A stretch of DNA of 63,474 nt, filler included, from Octopus bimaculoides (GCF_001194135.2; 4 parts of 4 records of this genome joined end to end with filler, not necessarily neighbours in it); one strand, 5' to 3'; shown: positions 10,703-23,134, counted from the whole stretch's first letter. The notes: generated from the sequence alone by a model not told the origin. Translations and numbers: made by a program.

Positions 10703-13700
10703 GCAAGAGCAGTGGACTAGCCATGTCTGCTGGTTCTTGGGAGGACTCATCAAATTTGACTCATGACAGAGATGAAACGAGTAATCTTGAGCTGGTTAAG
10801 AAACGTCCTCCACCTCGACCATCAGGGCCACCTCCTCGATCTGCTCCTCCAAGACCTGCACCAATCAACTTAAAAGCTACTTCTCGGTCAACTTCTCCTT
10901 CTGCTCAACCAACAACAACTGCTTCAGCAAGTGCATCTCCATCAGTTGGACATCATATAACTTCTGCTAATAAAAAGGCCCATAAAATTATAAGTTCTTT
11001 GAAACATAAAGCTGGTCTAAAATCGCCAAAGCACTTCATTAAAGATAAGAAGAAGAACAAATCCCCAATACCCTCTCCTTCGAAAGAATTTGTTGATCCA
11101 ACATTCAGTGATAAAACTGAACGCTCTGAAGAATGGCTGGCCTTACAGCAAATGCTAGAGCGAACCAAAGAAACAGTCATAAAGACACAACAGAATTTGA
11201 ATAGATTAGCATCAAAAGACGAGGGTGATAATCTTGGAGAAGACGACGAAGCTTCAGCTTCTGATAGTTCTTGGGCTGGTTTGAGAGCTAAGCAAGGAGA
11301 ATCAGAAGAAATCGATGAAGAAATATCAAATATTCCATACTCCAAAACTTCAAGCTATTATCCCGAAGACTCTACTGAAGAATTAAATGATATTAGTACA
11401 AAACAAAAATCTGAAACAAGTGGTAGTGTTCAAGACTTATTAGGGCTTGGGTTGGGAGATTTTGAATCCCCACCTGAACCGGATGATTGGCTCTCCAGCC
11501 ATAAATCTCAATTTGAAAAAGACTTTTTAGCAGCAGAAGAAGAAAATTTAACTTTATCCAACAAGAGTGTTACTGATGAATTAGTTGATAGCTTTTTAGG
11601 ACTAGACCCTTCAACTAGCCTAAAACCTTCCCCAGCTATAAGTCCCGCACTTTCTCCCGTCACCCAACTTGCCCCAGAATCTGAAGGAGACCCATTTGTT
11701 GTTCCAAAAATTATCGATCCGTTTGATGTTTCTTCAATTGTTATTAAATCCAAATCAGAATCTGACCCCTTTACTGTTAAATCAGCAGTTGCAACTCCAT
11801 CTGATCCGTTTGTTGTGACGCATGATCCTTTCGTTACATCTGTTGAGAGTGGTATTAAGTCCACTGATCCATTTGCCGTAAAAACAACATCGCCTTCAAC
11901 AGATCCTTTTGTAGTTTCTAGTGATCCAGTAACTACAACACAGTCCTATAATGTTTTAGAAGATCCATTTTCTGTTAAACCAAGTGTATCTAAAACAATT
12001 CCAGATTCACTTTCTCCAAAACCCCAAACAGAAATATCCTCATCTGATCCTTTTATTGTTTCTCCTGCATGTACAGAATCATTATTTCTGGGATCAACTT
12101 TGGGTAGTTCCACATCAGATACATTAGCTGTTTCACCTGGATTGCCAAGATCTGGTTCTGAATTATTTGCTGACACTTCTGATTTGACACCATCTAATAT
12201 TGACCCTTTCACCCCAACTAAGGATATTTTTAGCTCAACAGTTGACCCGTTCACTTCAGCTGCAGAGCTCACAAGTTCAACAAGCGATCCTTTTGCATCA
12301 ACTACAGAGGTCACTAGCTCAACAGCTGATCCCTTCTCTTCAACTGCAGAAGTCACAAGTGCAACAGTTGATCCCTTCTCTTCAACTGCAGAGGTCACAA
12401 GTGCAACAGTTGATCCCTTCTCTTCAACTGCAGAGGTCACAAGTTCAACAGCTGATCTTTTTGCACCAACTACAGAACTCAGCAGTTTAACAGGTGATCC
12501 CTTCACTTCAACTGCAGAGGTCACAAGTTCAACAGCTGATCTTTTTGCACCAACTACAGAACTTAGCAGTTTAACAGGTGATCCCTTCACTTCGACTACA
12601 GAGCTCACGAGTTCAAAAGTCGATCCTTTTGCATCACCTGCAGATTTCACTACTTCAAATACTGATCTATTTGGTGAAAACAAAGATGCATTTGAAATAA
12701 ATTCGAATATACAAGAAACGAGGACCACTGATTTTGTCTCAGAAAAGACTGAAGAAGTAAATCAGCTTGAAGACTTTTTCATTGAAAAAACTAAAGATAC
12801 TGGAGATAATATTTTCATGAATAATATTACGAAAGATAAAGAATTAGGAACTTCAGGTGTTGATCCGTTTGCTTCCTCAGAAGCATCCGTATTTACTCAA
12901 CCAAATTTAGAACTTCCTGATTTTGCCTGCTTCTCAGAATCCGAAGGATTCATTGATCCAGCTGGATCAACAGACACTAGTCTCGTTCCAGATAAAACAG
13001 ACAAGCTGGCCTCCACACCAGAACCTTATTCAACTATTTCTGAACCACTTGATTTTGCTTCAATCGCTTTAGCAATTAAAGCAGTTGAGAAAATTGCAGT
13101 AAGTTCTGATCAAAGTAAACCAACGTCTAGTCCATTCACAACAATATCTGAACCATTAGAGTTTCATACCGATGATACTTCTTATAAATTAGATAAAAAA
13201 ACTACAGACTCTTTAGAAGATAGTCCTTTTTGTACTACATCAGAACCAGTTGATATAGGATCAGTTTCTTTTGTAAAACAGGAGGATTTGCAAATTGCTG
13301 ATCAAGTAGTTGATAACCCCTTTTCTTCACAAACTGATCCTTTTACTACTATTTCAGAACCAGTAGATGTTCATGTAGAATCATCTGAAACTTCTTTTGG
13401 CTGGAATGCCTTTTCTGATCAATTTAGCTCTACTTCAGATAGTGATTTGAACACTAAAATTTCTGCTAATGATCAATCTAGTTTTGCGTTTTCTGAATTA
13501 AGTGTCACTCAAGCAGCTCCTGCTATTCAACCATTTTCCAGTTCACCATTTGAAACTGACTGGCCGAGTTCAGTCTCAGACTCAGCAGTTAAAACTGACA
13601 TAGCTTTCCCAGGGGTAGGAAGTGATTTTAGTTCTGCAAATATGTCTGTGCCAACATCTGAAGATGCATTTCCAATGGCAACTGATGCGACTGGTGATAT

Positions 13701-16633
13701 GTTTGCTGCACAACCAACAGACATAACTATGACAACAATACCAACAACAACATCAACAACAACAAAAGACAGTTCACTGCTGACAATGGAAGTAACAGAT
13801 TTAGCCGCAAGTAGCGCAGAAACTGATACATCCCTGACGAAGACTAGTGCTGATTTCTTAATCAGTGATGAAGCTTTCTCAACAACATTTGGTAGTCCAG
13901 TTTCTTCAAACACGACCACTGAAATCCTTGCCCCAGATATATCACATCCTACAAATGCAAATAAACCTTTTTCACTCATTGATGACAGTTTTGCATCGGC
14001 ATCACCAATGCTTGACTCTTCAGGAGAAAATTTGCATTCTTTAACAGATCCATTTGCTGAGGAAGTAAAATCAACTTGTTTCTCAGATTCTGGTTTCCCT
14101 ACAACAAACTCAGCTTTCCCTATGCTGGAACCGTCTGCTGTACCTACAACGGCACCTTTCTCGGAGTCTTCATTTTCTATCTTGGCTCCACAAACAACTC
14201 CTGTTCCAAGTTCCTTTTCAGCAATGGATTCACAAGAAGTCCCTGATATTTCCAAATCAGAAATCAGTCAGATTAATCCTTTTGACAACATTGATCCGGA
14301 AACTTCTATCCACGTAAATGTTAAAAATCCATTTTCAATGTTTGAAACTATTGAAGATGATTCACCTTTTGGGCAGTCTGTTGATAATAAAGCTAATAAT
14401 ATGGGTGCATTAATACAACCAGAAATATCTGAGGATATTGCTTCTAAATTAAATGCTTTCCTACAGCCTGATATTACTCCTGATCCTGCTCCTGTAGCCA
14501 GTAGCCCTAACATTACTAGTTCATCTGGAGAGGGTGCAGATTCAAACATTAACTTATTTACAGAATCAAGTGTCAATCCGTTTGTAGATCAAAATGATAC
14601 TCCAGCTGTTGCCACTGCCGAATTTTTTGATGAAGATTTCTTCAATACAAAAACTGCTGAGAAAATTGCTGAAGGGGATTCAGCGAAGAATGCTTGGGGG
14701 GCAATGGAAACTTTTGATAAAGACTCGACTTTTAATCCTTTCCAAAATGATAACTTTGATGCTGAAAATATCCCCCAAAATATATTAGATGACATGGACA
14801 GTCAAGAACTGACAAATGAGCAGAAGAACCCATTTTTGTCTAGTGATTTTAATGCAACTGCTATGATTGGAGAGACAACTATTAATCCATTTTTGAGTCA
14901 GGTAGAAGAACTTGAAAAAGCACAGAGTTCATTGTCAGACAATCTCAGTATTTTCCTAGGTAAAGGGGAAGATTTGCCAATTGATCCAACTGACTTGCCT
15001 ATAGATGTTTTTGACCCTTTCAAAACCATTGAGCCTGATGATATTCCAGAAACATCAGGTGCCATGGCCGCCACACATACAGCAGCTGTCGATTCAAGTG
15101 ATGATGACAAAGAATCACCAGATATGGATGATAATAAAGATGCTTTTAAACTGACCATACGAATGAGGGAACCAGTTGAATCGGGGCCATCAGTTGCTCT
15201 ACCGCCTCCTCCCAAAGTGCCCAAATCTCCACAAATGGCACCACGTATAAACCCATTTGATCGAGATTCTCCACCGGAAGAAAACTTTGCAAAATTCGAA
15301 GTGATGGAAACTGAAGAAAAAGTAAAGGAACCAAGAACTGAGACTCAGATGAGTGTTTCTACGACAGAGAGTAGCACACCTGAAGAGGAAGAAAAACATC
15401 TTGAACCCCTTGAGAGTTTTAACCCCAAAATGGAAGAGGACGGATGGACATTAATGCTTCGACAGCCAACGAAGAAGAAGCTGACTGGTAATCGTTTCTG
15501 GAAGACAATTTATGTGAGATTGGTCCAACAAAATGATGGACCTGTTTTGAAACTTTACAATAGCAAAGATGATAAAGATTCATTTCAAGAGCTCCCCCTT
15601 CAGCCTTGTTACTCTTTGTCTGAAATAGCCCTACAACATTATGATCAATATGGAAAGATACACACATTGAAAATTCAGTATGTTTTCTATCGTGAAAGAG
15701 TTGGAATTCGAACAGAAAAGATTACACCAACTTTTGTGAAAAACATGAAACCAAAAGCTAACATGATTTTAGATCATGCTCCACAGATCTCAGAGCTTCT
15801 TAAATTTGGTTCACTAAGTGAACAGACAATTATCACCTTTGTACAAGAGGTGGAAGATGCATTAATGGCAATTGTTGCTCACAGAGAAAAAACATTATCA
15901 TATCAAAAAGACGAAGTTATTGTTGATGTAATCGATGAATACAAAGCACATATTAACACGGGAGGCCATATTGTCGCCCAGAAAGCCAGAGTAAGAATTT
16001 TTTGTTTATCTTTTGTAACAGGTATGCCATTTGTAGAACTAGGAGTTAATGACAAACGGCGCAAAGGGAGAGAAGTTGTTGGTCGACATGATATCATACC
16101 TATCAAAACAGAAGAGTGGATCAAGCCGGAGAACATTCAGTTTCATTGTTCTGCGAAGCCAGAAGAATACGAAAAGGATGGGACCATTAAATTTCATCCA
16201 CTGGATGCATGTCATTTTGAACTAATGAGGTTCCGTATTCGACTGAGAGATAATAAAGAGTTGCCTTTGATAGTAAGAGTATTTCGAAGTATCAAAGAAA
16301 GACATGTTGAATACCGGTGTGATGTTGTGTGTACCGGTTACCATGCGTATAGTAAAAAACATGGACAATTTCCATGTGAAGACATTGAAATAAGATTTCC
16401 AATTCCTGATTGCTGGATCTATTTATTTCGTTATGAAAAGCGATTTGGCTATGGATCCTTTAAATCTGCCACCAGAAAACCAGGGAAAATCAAAGGGCTA
16501 GAAAGGTTGACAATGATGACACAAAGTGGCACTAATCCAGCTCTTCTGGAAGCATCTGTAGGCACAGCAAAATATGAAAATGTTTATCATGCAATTGTAT
16601 GGCGGATTAGTAGATTACCAGAAAGAAATCAAG
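10703..16633 (+). CDS. stnB: Stonin/Stoned family endocytic adaptor, giant coding exon: disordered DPF/NPF-rich N-terminus, stonin-homology domain (from ~15442) and most of the mu-homology domain (from ~15900)
   Basis: Open frame of ~1980 codons. Polypyrimidine tract plus AG acceptor at 10701-10702; first in-frame ATG at 10723 (GCCATG). C-terminal motifs GWTLMLRQPTKKKLTGNRFWK, KIHTLKIQYVFYRERVG, VELGVNDK, FHPLDACHFELMRFR and GTAKYENVYHAIVWRISRLP are typical of stonins. Donor G|GTTAGT at 16633/16634. Confidence 0.93.
12244..12663 (+). repeat. Coding tandem repeat: 10 x 42 nt (14 aa; consensus DPFSSTAEVTSSTA)
   Basis: Exactly 420 nt. Each unit starts with DPF or DLF, and several units are near-identical at nucleotide level. 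Confidence 0.95.
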
Positions 16634-19600
16634 GTTAGTTTGATTTTTCAACGAATTTTAATATAGCTCTCTTTAATTTTTATTTCAGCATTAATTTCCT
16701 TTTATCTAACTCCAAAAATTGTAATTTCCTCGACTGTGATTGCACACAATATGATATATTCTAAAATACTTCACCATTTTTCCTATTTTATGTCTATAAC
16801 CAGCATTTTATGATTTGATAGGGAAATATATATAGGATTATATATTAATCTTTATGGTTGTGTTGAATCAAATATTTATTCCTCTTAAACAATAAAGTAA
16901 CAAATGAAAGCTTCTGTTTATCAATTTAGTTTCACAGTAACTTTCTCTTTACAGAAGGGAAGCTTGAAAGCTGATTGTTAAATGAGTTCACGTTTAACTT
17001 CATTTCAACCTTTATTACTTCAATTTTATGTCAGCTTAATATCTTGAAAAGATGTGTTGAGTAAAGTTTTACATGCAGGACAAAATTGTTAGATGATATG
17101 ACTTAATGATGGAGAAAAACAGATTTTATTTGTCTGAAATGAAGCACTAGCAATGAAACAAAACAAAACAAAACAAAAATTTATTGTTCACACGGCTGAT
17201 AATAAAAATAACATCAAAGCAGATGATGATGATGATGACGACATTGATGACCACCACCATGCCATGGAATATAGGTGTTCTCAAAAGCCACTATCAAAAT
17301 CCATGCTCTTAGCATCTTCCTTGTACTATCTTTCTTGTTTGAAATTATATTTCAGTGCTCAAAGTTATACCAGGGTAAAAGTACCATAACCTGAAAATAT
17401 TAATCTATTCAAAACATTTCCAACAGTCATAAAAATTACAGATAGAGAAATTATAGATAGAGAAAGCTATTTTTGGTTTATATAAAGTTTTATTTTTGTT
17501 TTATGAAAACGCTCACTATATTTCTGAAACTATTCTCATCTTTATCTGTTTCCTTTGCTAAGATGCAATGCTTAAATATAGACTTCTGTGAGGAGTACCA
17601 TTCCCACACAACTGGTTTAAATTCAATCATTTCCTGCTTAAATGAGATTTATTTTTGTTTTTATCAAAAGTATCTTGGTTCTTCTCAAAATTCTTTACAT
17701 CAAAGGCATTCTTCAGTTACCAAGGATTAAGTTATATAAGTCTATAAGCGTTCATATCAGTTTGAACAGCTTAACCTCACAACTTTATCTCTGTTATGCT
17801 ATTTTGCTTTTTACATTTTCAGCAATACCATTTTGATTCTGTTTATCACTGTTATATAACAACCAGACTTCCCTTTGAAGTTTCAATAAGAACTTATATA
17901 TACATTTTCCATCATGTGGTGTTCAAGACATTTGGTGGGGTCGGACCACTGACTGCAAGATCCCTGTCTTCACCAGCAGCTTGCCTAGCAGAGGTAACTG
18001 GTGAAGCTCATGAGGGCACTTGGCTGTTCTAGCACATCATCCTCACCATCACCCACGGCAACGCTGCAAGGGTGCTGGCATGCCTCAAAAGTCATTAGAG
18101 AAGTTTCCCAGCACCCCAAAATTGTCAACCTAAGGTGTTGGATTGTTTTTGTTTTTTTCTGTTTTTCTTTTTTTTTTTCTCATCTCACTCTTGTGTGTAT
18201 AGTTGAGTTTTATACAGCTGTTATAAAAATAACCAGTTTTCACCTCGCTAAAAATAATAATACTAGAACGTCTGAATTTTTTAAAATAACAGGTTCAGGT
18301 CATTTCCCCNNNNNNNNNNNNNNNNNNNNNNNNNNNNNNNNNNNNNNNNNNNNNNNNNNNNNNNNNNNNNNNNNNNNNNNNNNNNNNNNNNNNNNNNNNN
18401 NNNNNNNNNNNNNNNNNNNNNNNNNNNNNNNNNNNNNNNNNNNNNNNNNNNNNNNNNNNNNNNNNNNNNNNNNNNNNNNNNNNNNNNNNNNNNNNNNNNN
18501 NNNNNNNNNNNNNNNNNNNNNNNNNNNNNNNNNNNNNNNNNNNNNNNNNNNNNNNNNNNNNNNNNNNNNNNNNNNNNNNNNNNNNNNNNNNNNNNNNNNN
18601 NNNNNNNNNNNNNNNNNNNNNNNNNNNNNNNNNNNNNNNNNNNNNNNNNNNNNNNNNNNNNNNNNNNNNNNNNNNNNNNNNNNNNNNNNNNNNNNNNNNN
18701 NNNNNNNNNNNNNNNNNNNNNNNNNNNNNNNNNNNNNNNNNNNNNNNNNNNNNNNNNNNNNNNNNNNNNNNNNNNNNNNNNNNNNNNNNNNNNNNNNNNN
18801 NNNNNNNNNNNNNNNNNNNNNNNNNNNNNNNNNNNNNNNNNNNNNNNNNNNNNNNNNNNNNNNNNNNNNNNNNNNNNNNNNNNNNNNNNNNNNNNNNNNN
18901 NNNNNNNNNNNNNNNNNNNNNNNNNNNNNNNNNNNNNNNNNNNNNNNNNNNNNNNNNNNNNNNNNNNNNNNNNNNNNNNNNNNNNNNNNNNNNNNNNNNN
19001 NNNNNNNNNNNNNNNNNNNNNNNNNNNNNNNNNNNTTTTGGTATATTTTATTTTTTAGAGTTGAGAAAAATAAATTACTTTTAAATCATGGAAAACCTAT
19101 CTTGAAAATAAACTTTATGGTGATTCCTACTTCTATATTCAAATGACATCGGAATCAAACTTCTCTCATCACTGCAGAGGGATTGGTGAAGTCAGTACAT
19201 GTAATAAAGGAGAGTCTACTCAGTTAGTTAGACATGCTTTCTTTACAAACAAGCCACACACTCAGACAAAAGAAATCGTTGTAGTACCAGAAATAGCAGC
19301 ATAGTGCTGGTCAAAATGCCTTGAGATATTTAGTTCTATTTTGGTATGGTTTGTGTGCAAGATCTGCCAGAGTTGATTTTACTTGCCATCACCCTCTAGC
19401 ATCAATCAATAGTGGTTAAATCAATTGAACCTATCCTCTACCATATAAAGTTGTGAAGTTGTGTCAATGTGATAACGTAATTGTTTTTAATTCAATTGCT
19501 ATATCAGCAGGTTGGATGGTTTTACAAATTTATACAATATACTGTTAGTGGTGTTTATATATAGTAGAGGCAGGCCACAGAAGGTGTGGAAGCAATTGGT

Positions 19601-20049
19601 GAGGCCCAGATCTCAATGTTGGTGGGGGTAAGGTCTTACAAGACTGAGTGGAAATGCAAAGTAAAATTTTGCAAACCTATCAGACCTGTGCTAGCATAGT
19701 AAACGTGGAATATTAAAAGGACAACTATTATTATTTAAGACATCACAAAGTATCCAATATCATGATGTTGTTGATTGAAGCTATTGTGTCTACAAGGGTT
19801 TTATACTGTCTGTCAAGTCACTACAAGGGCCTTAGACAGACAGTACTTTATGCAATATGTGTGCAGTCCTAAGTAATGCCAATTTTTGCAAAATTCCTAG
19901 ATTGTAGGGTATTTCTAAAGTTTCCAGATGTTTCTTCAGGTTGGGTGGTATTGAACCCAATGCTCCGATGACAATAAAATGAAAAATGGTATAAATATTT
20001 AACTGATTTCTTATATATATATATATATATTTACTTATTTATTTTCCAG
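16634..20049 (+). other. GT-AG intron of the stonin gene (contains an N gap)
   Basis: GT at 16634-16635, AG at 20048-20049, reading frame preserved across the junction. Confidence 0.9.
17904..18098 (+). mobile_element. Second degenerate CRE-like RLE endonuclease fragment (intronic)
   Basis: Translates HHVVFKTFGGVGPLTARSLSSPAACLAEVTGEAHEGTWLF*HIILTITHGNAARVLA; TAG replaces the Q of WLFQ. Visibly homologous to 8207-8525(-). Confidence 0.72.
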
Positions 20050-20351
20050 GTGCTTACAAAACTCATCTTTTCACCTTGAGACTCGACCTAGGACCCCACG
20101 ATGAAATACCCGACTCCCTTGAGATGGTCAGCGATGTGAAGTTTACCATGCCAGCTAGCACTGTTTCCAAATGCCAGATTCGATCGATATCATGTGGCAA
20201 TCCTACCCCACCAGAGAAATGGGTACGCTATATAGCTCACTACAATTATAAAGTTGCTATCGAGCACACACTCGAAGGGAGTATTAAGAATGTACCAGAA
20301 ATTGATGTCCAAATGGCAGCAGAAGGAAATGACTCCGAATCAGATTCGTAG
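20050..20351 (+). CDS. stnB: Terminal coding exon of the stonin gene (end of the mu-homology domain)
   Basis: Acceptor TTATTATTTTCCAG|G at 20049/20050. Phase 1 matches the upstream donor and gives RNQG-AYKTHLFTLRLDLGPHDEIP...KWVRYIAHYNYKVAIE, the typical stonin MHD ending. Stop TAG at 20349-20351. Total CDS from 10723 is 6213 nt (2070 aa). Confidence 0.92.
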
Positions 20352-20804
20352 TCTGAACACAAAAAAAGGCTAAATCGGTGAATGGCAACTCACTAATTTA
20401 CACTGTTATTACTTACTTACTTACTACTAAAAGGACAAAAGACAGTTACTACTACAACTACTACTTCTGTTACTAACAACTTTTCCACGCAACCAAAATA
20501 CCCCCAGTCTCAAAACTAGACATTTTTGATAATCTATACATGATGCCTTCCATAGTGAAGCAAGTTTTAGATATTTGTAAGGAGAGAAAAGAAAAAATAA
20601 TATAATAACCTGAAAATTATTTGTAATGTAAAGCTACCTGTTGTTGTTGTTGTTGTTGTTGTTACTGGTTTATTTATATATATTTTTTTTTAATTGACAG
20701 AACAGACTATGAATTTCAGTTATTGTAACTGAAATACTTGAGAGTACACGCTTTAAATTTTGTGACTAGCTTCAATTTCCTTTCATACATATGTGTGAAT
20801 GCAT

Positions 20805-20837
<33 letters not shown>

Positions 20838-21057
20838 CGTGCGAGTGTGTGTGTGTGTATAGGTGTGTGTATATATGCATACACATGCACATACAGATGT
20901 GTGCATATATGTGGGTGTGCATATATATANNNNNNNNNNNNNNNNNNNNNNNNNNNNNNNNNNNNNNNNNNNNNNNNNNNNNNNNNNNNNNNNNNNNNNN
21001 NNNNNNNNNNNNNNNNNNNNNNNNNNNNNNNNNNNNNNNNNNNNNNNNNNNNNNNNN

Positions 21058-21088
<31 letters not shown>

Positions 21089-21397
21089 CATATATATGAA
21101 TGTGTATGTATATCTATATAAATTTATGTATGTGTGTGTATGTGTATACCTATATATATATGATATATATTTAAATACATATACATATATACGTATACCT
21201 ATATAAATATGTATACGTATCTATACATATACACACACATATATATATATACATATATACATATACATATATACATATGTATACATATCTATATATATGC
21301 ACACACACATTTATATATATATATATACATATATACATATACATATATACATATGTATACGTATCTATACATATGCATATATATATATATATATATA

Positions 21398-21497
21398 NNN
21401 NNNNNNNNNNNNNNNNNNNNNNNNNNNNNNNNNNNNNNNNNTTAATTAATTAANNNNNNNNNNNNNNNNNNNNNNNNNNNNNNNNNNNNNNNNNNNN
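21398..21497. other. Synthetic scaffold join N44-TTAATTAATTAA-N44 (same at 52635-52734 and 54665-54764)
   Basis: Identical 100-nt construct occurs three times, and the 12-mer carries stop codons in all six frames. Confidence 0.9.
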
Positions 21498-21818
21498 TTC
21501 CCAGACCGGGCGTTGTGAGTGTTTATTGAGCGAAAACACCTAAAAATCTCCACGAGGCTCCGGCAGGGGATGGTGGCGAACCCTGCTGTACTCTTCCACC
21601 ACAACTTTCTCTCACTTTTACTTCCTGTTGTGCCTGTAATTCAAAGGGTCAGCCTTGTCACACTGTGTCGCGCTGAATATCCCCGAGAACTACGTTAAGG
21701 GTACACGTGTCTGTGGAGTGCTCAGCCACTTGCACGTTAATTTCACGAGCAGGCTGTTCCGTTGATCGGATCAACTGGAACCCTCGACGTCGTAAGCGAC
21801 GGAGTGCCAACAACAACA
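21498..21818 (+). mobile_element. Well-preserved (CAA)n-tailed interspersed repeat (probable SINE or LINE 3' end, family D)
   Basis: CpG-rich body ending GATCGGATCAACTGGAACCCTCGACGTCGTAAGCGACGGAGTGC-CAACAACAACAA. The 5' end is lost in a gap. Confidence 0.6.
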
Positions 21819-23134
21819 ATTATTATTATTTTAATTATTATTATCATCATTATTATTATGAAGGCGGCGATCTGGCAGAATTGTTAGCACGTTGGATGAA
21901 ATGCTTAGCAGCATTTCGCTCGTCGCTACGTTCTATTTCAAATTGTGACATTTTACTCCTTCCATATGTTCAGTAAAACGCAGATGGGAATTGTTTTTCT
22001 ACACGATTCTCTACCGTGATATGAAGGTATAGACATTCGCTTTTCTTCATCTGCATAGCTGTCTTTAATTTAAGGTTGCTTTTAATGCTAATTGTCATAT
22101 TATATGCAACAAATAAAATAGCTAAATTCAATATTAGGAGCAAAGAGAGATAAAAGACATCAAAAATACTATCAATTCTTTTATTGCCTTTATCAAAAAA
22201 TTACAAACGGAAGCCTGCTGCCCTCCGACTACATGTGTCGTGGAAATTCAGGAGTTTTATTATAAGGTTCAAAAGGTTGTGAAATGGAAGAATTTATAGT
22301 TTCTTATAATTATAAATCTAAATTATAATCTTTCACTTACTGATTTCAAATCCAAATAAGGGCGACTTTCTCTTTCTTTCGTCTGTAAATGATTATAAAG
22401 ACGAATACTTTGAAATTAAATTTTCCGTCGTGTTCATTTTTATTTTCAGTGGAAATTTTGTTTGATACGCTTTAAACATCGCAAAAGATATTCTCAATAA
22501 CAAATAATTTAATATAAGATTCAGCGCATTATAATCATTGAAGACAAAAGTGATATTACTTTCTTAAAGCGTTTGTAATTTTTCTCGGCATCATGACATC
22601 TTTTGTTTTGGTGGATAATGTGCCTACTGAATTCTGAAAAGTAGAAAATTATATTTCACTCTTTCTGTATATATTATTAATAGGATTTTGTATGTGGTTA
22701 GGATTAATAATTTACATAAGAATTCATTCTATTGATGTATTTAGGATATTGGGAGATTATAAATTGTTCAAGTATCATATACTTTTGTGTTTATGTAAGG
22801 TTTCTCTAAGTAGTCTCTGTGTTGAGCAATTGAAAATATGTTCTATTCAATTGAGAGATGAATACTATTGGTTTTAATCATATAATGATTAACTACTGTG
22901 AAAGCCTTGACATCAGAAATAAAACCGAAGCGAATTTAGTTAGGATTTATGTGATTAAAACCAAAGGTAGTTTTCTTCACTCTTCGATTGAATAGAAAAT
23001 GGTAGTTACTCATCGACTGTGTTAGATTGGAGTTGATTAAATACTTAAACTATACACCTGCTGCTTCGTTCTAGTCGAAGCAATCATAATTGTCGGTAAT
23101 AATGTCGTGGCTGTATGTCGTTGAACTCTCGTTG

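Noticed and set aside
10953-16136. Antisense and alternate-frame ORFs (130, 118, 260, 96, 242, 108 aa and others) over the giant exon
   Set aside because: These are shadows of the Ser/Thr-rich coding strand and the 42-nt repeat, with no independent protein features.
16634-16638. ORF-track stop at 16638
   Set aside because: It is inside the donor site GTTAG; the MHD continues in the exon at 20050.
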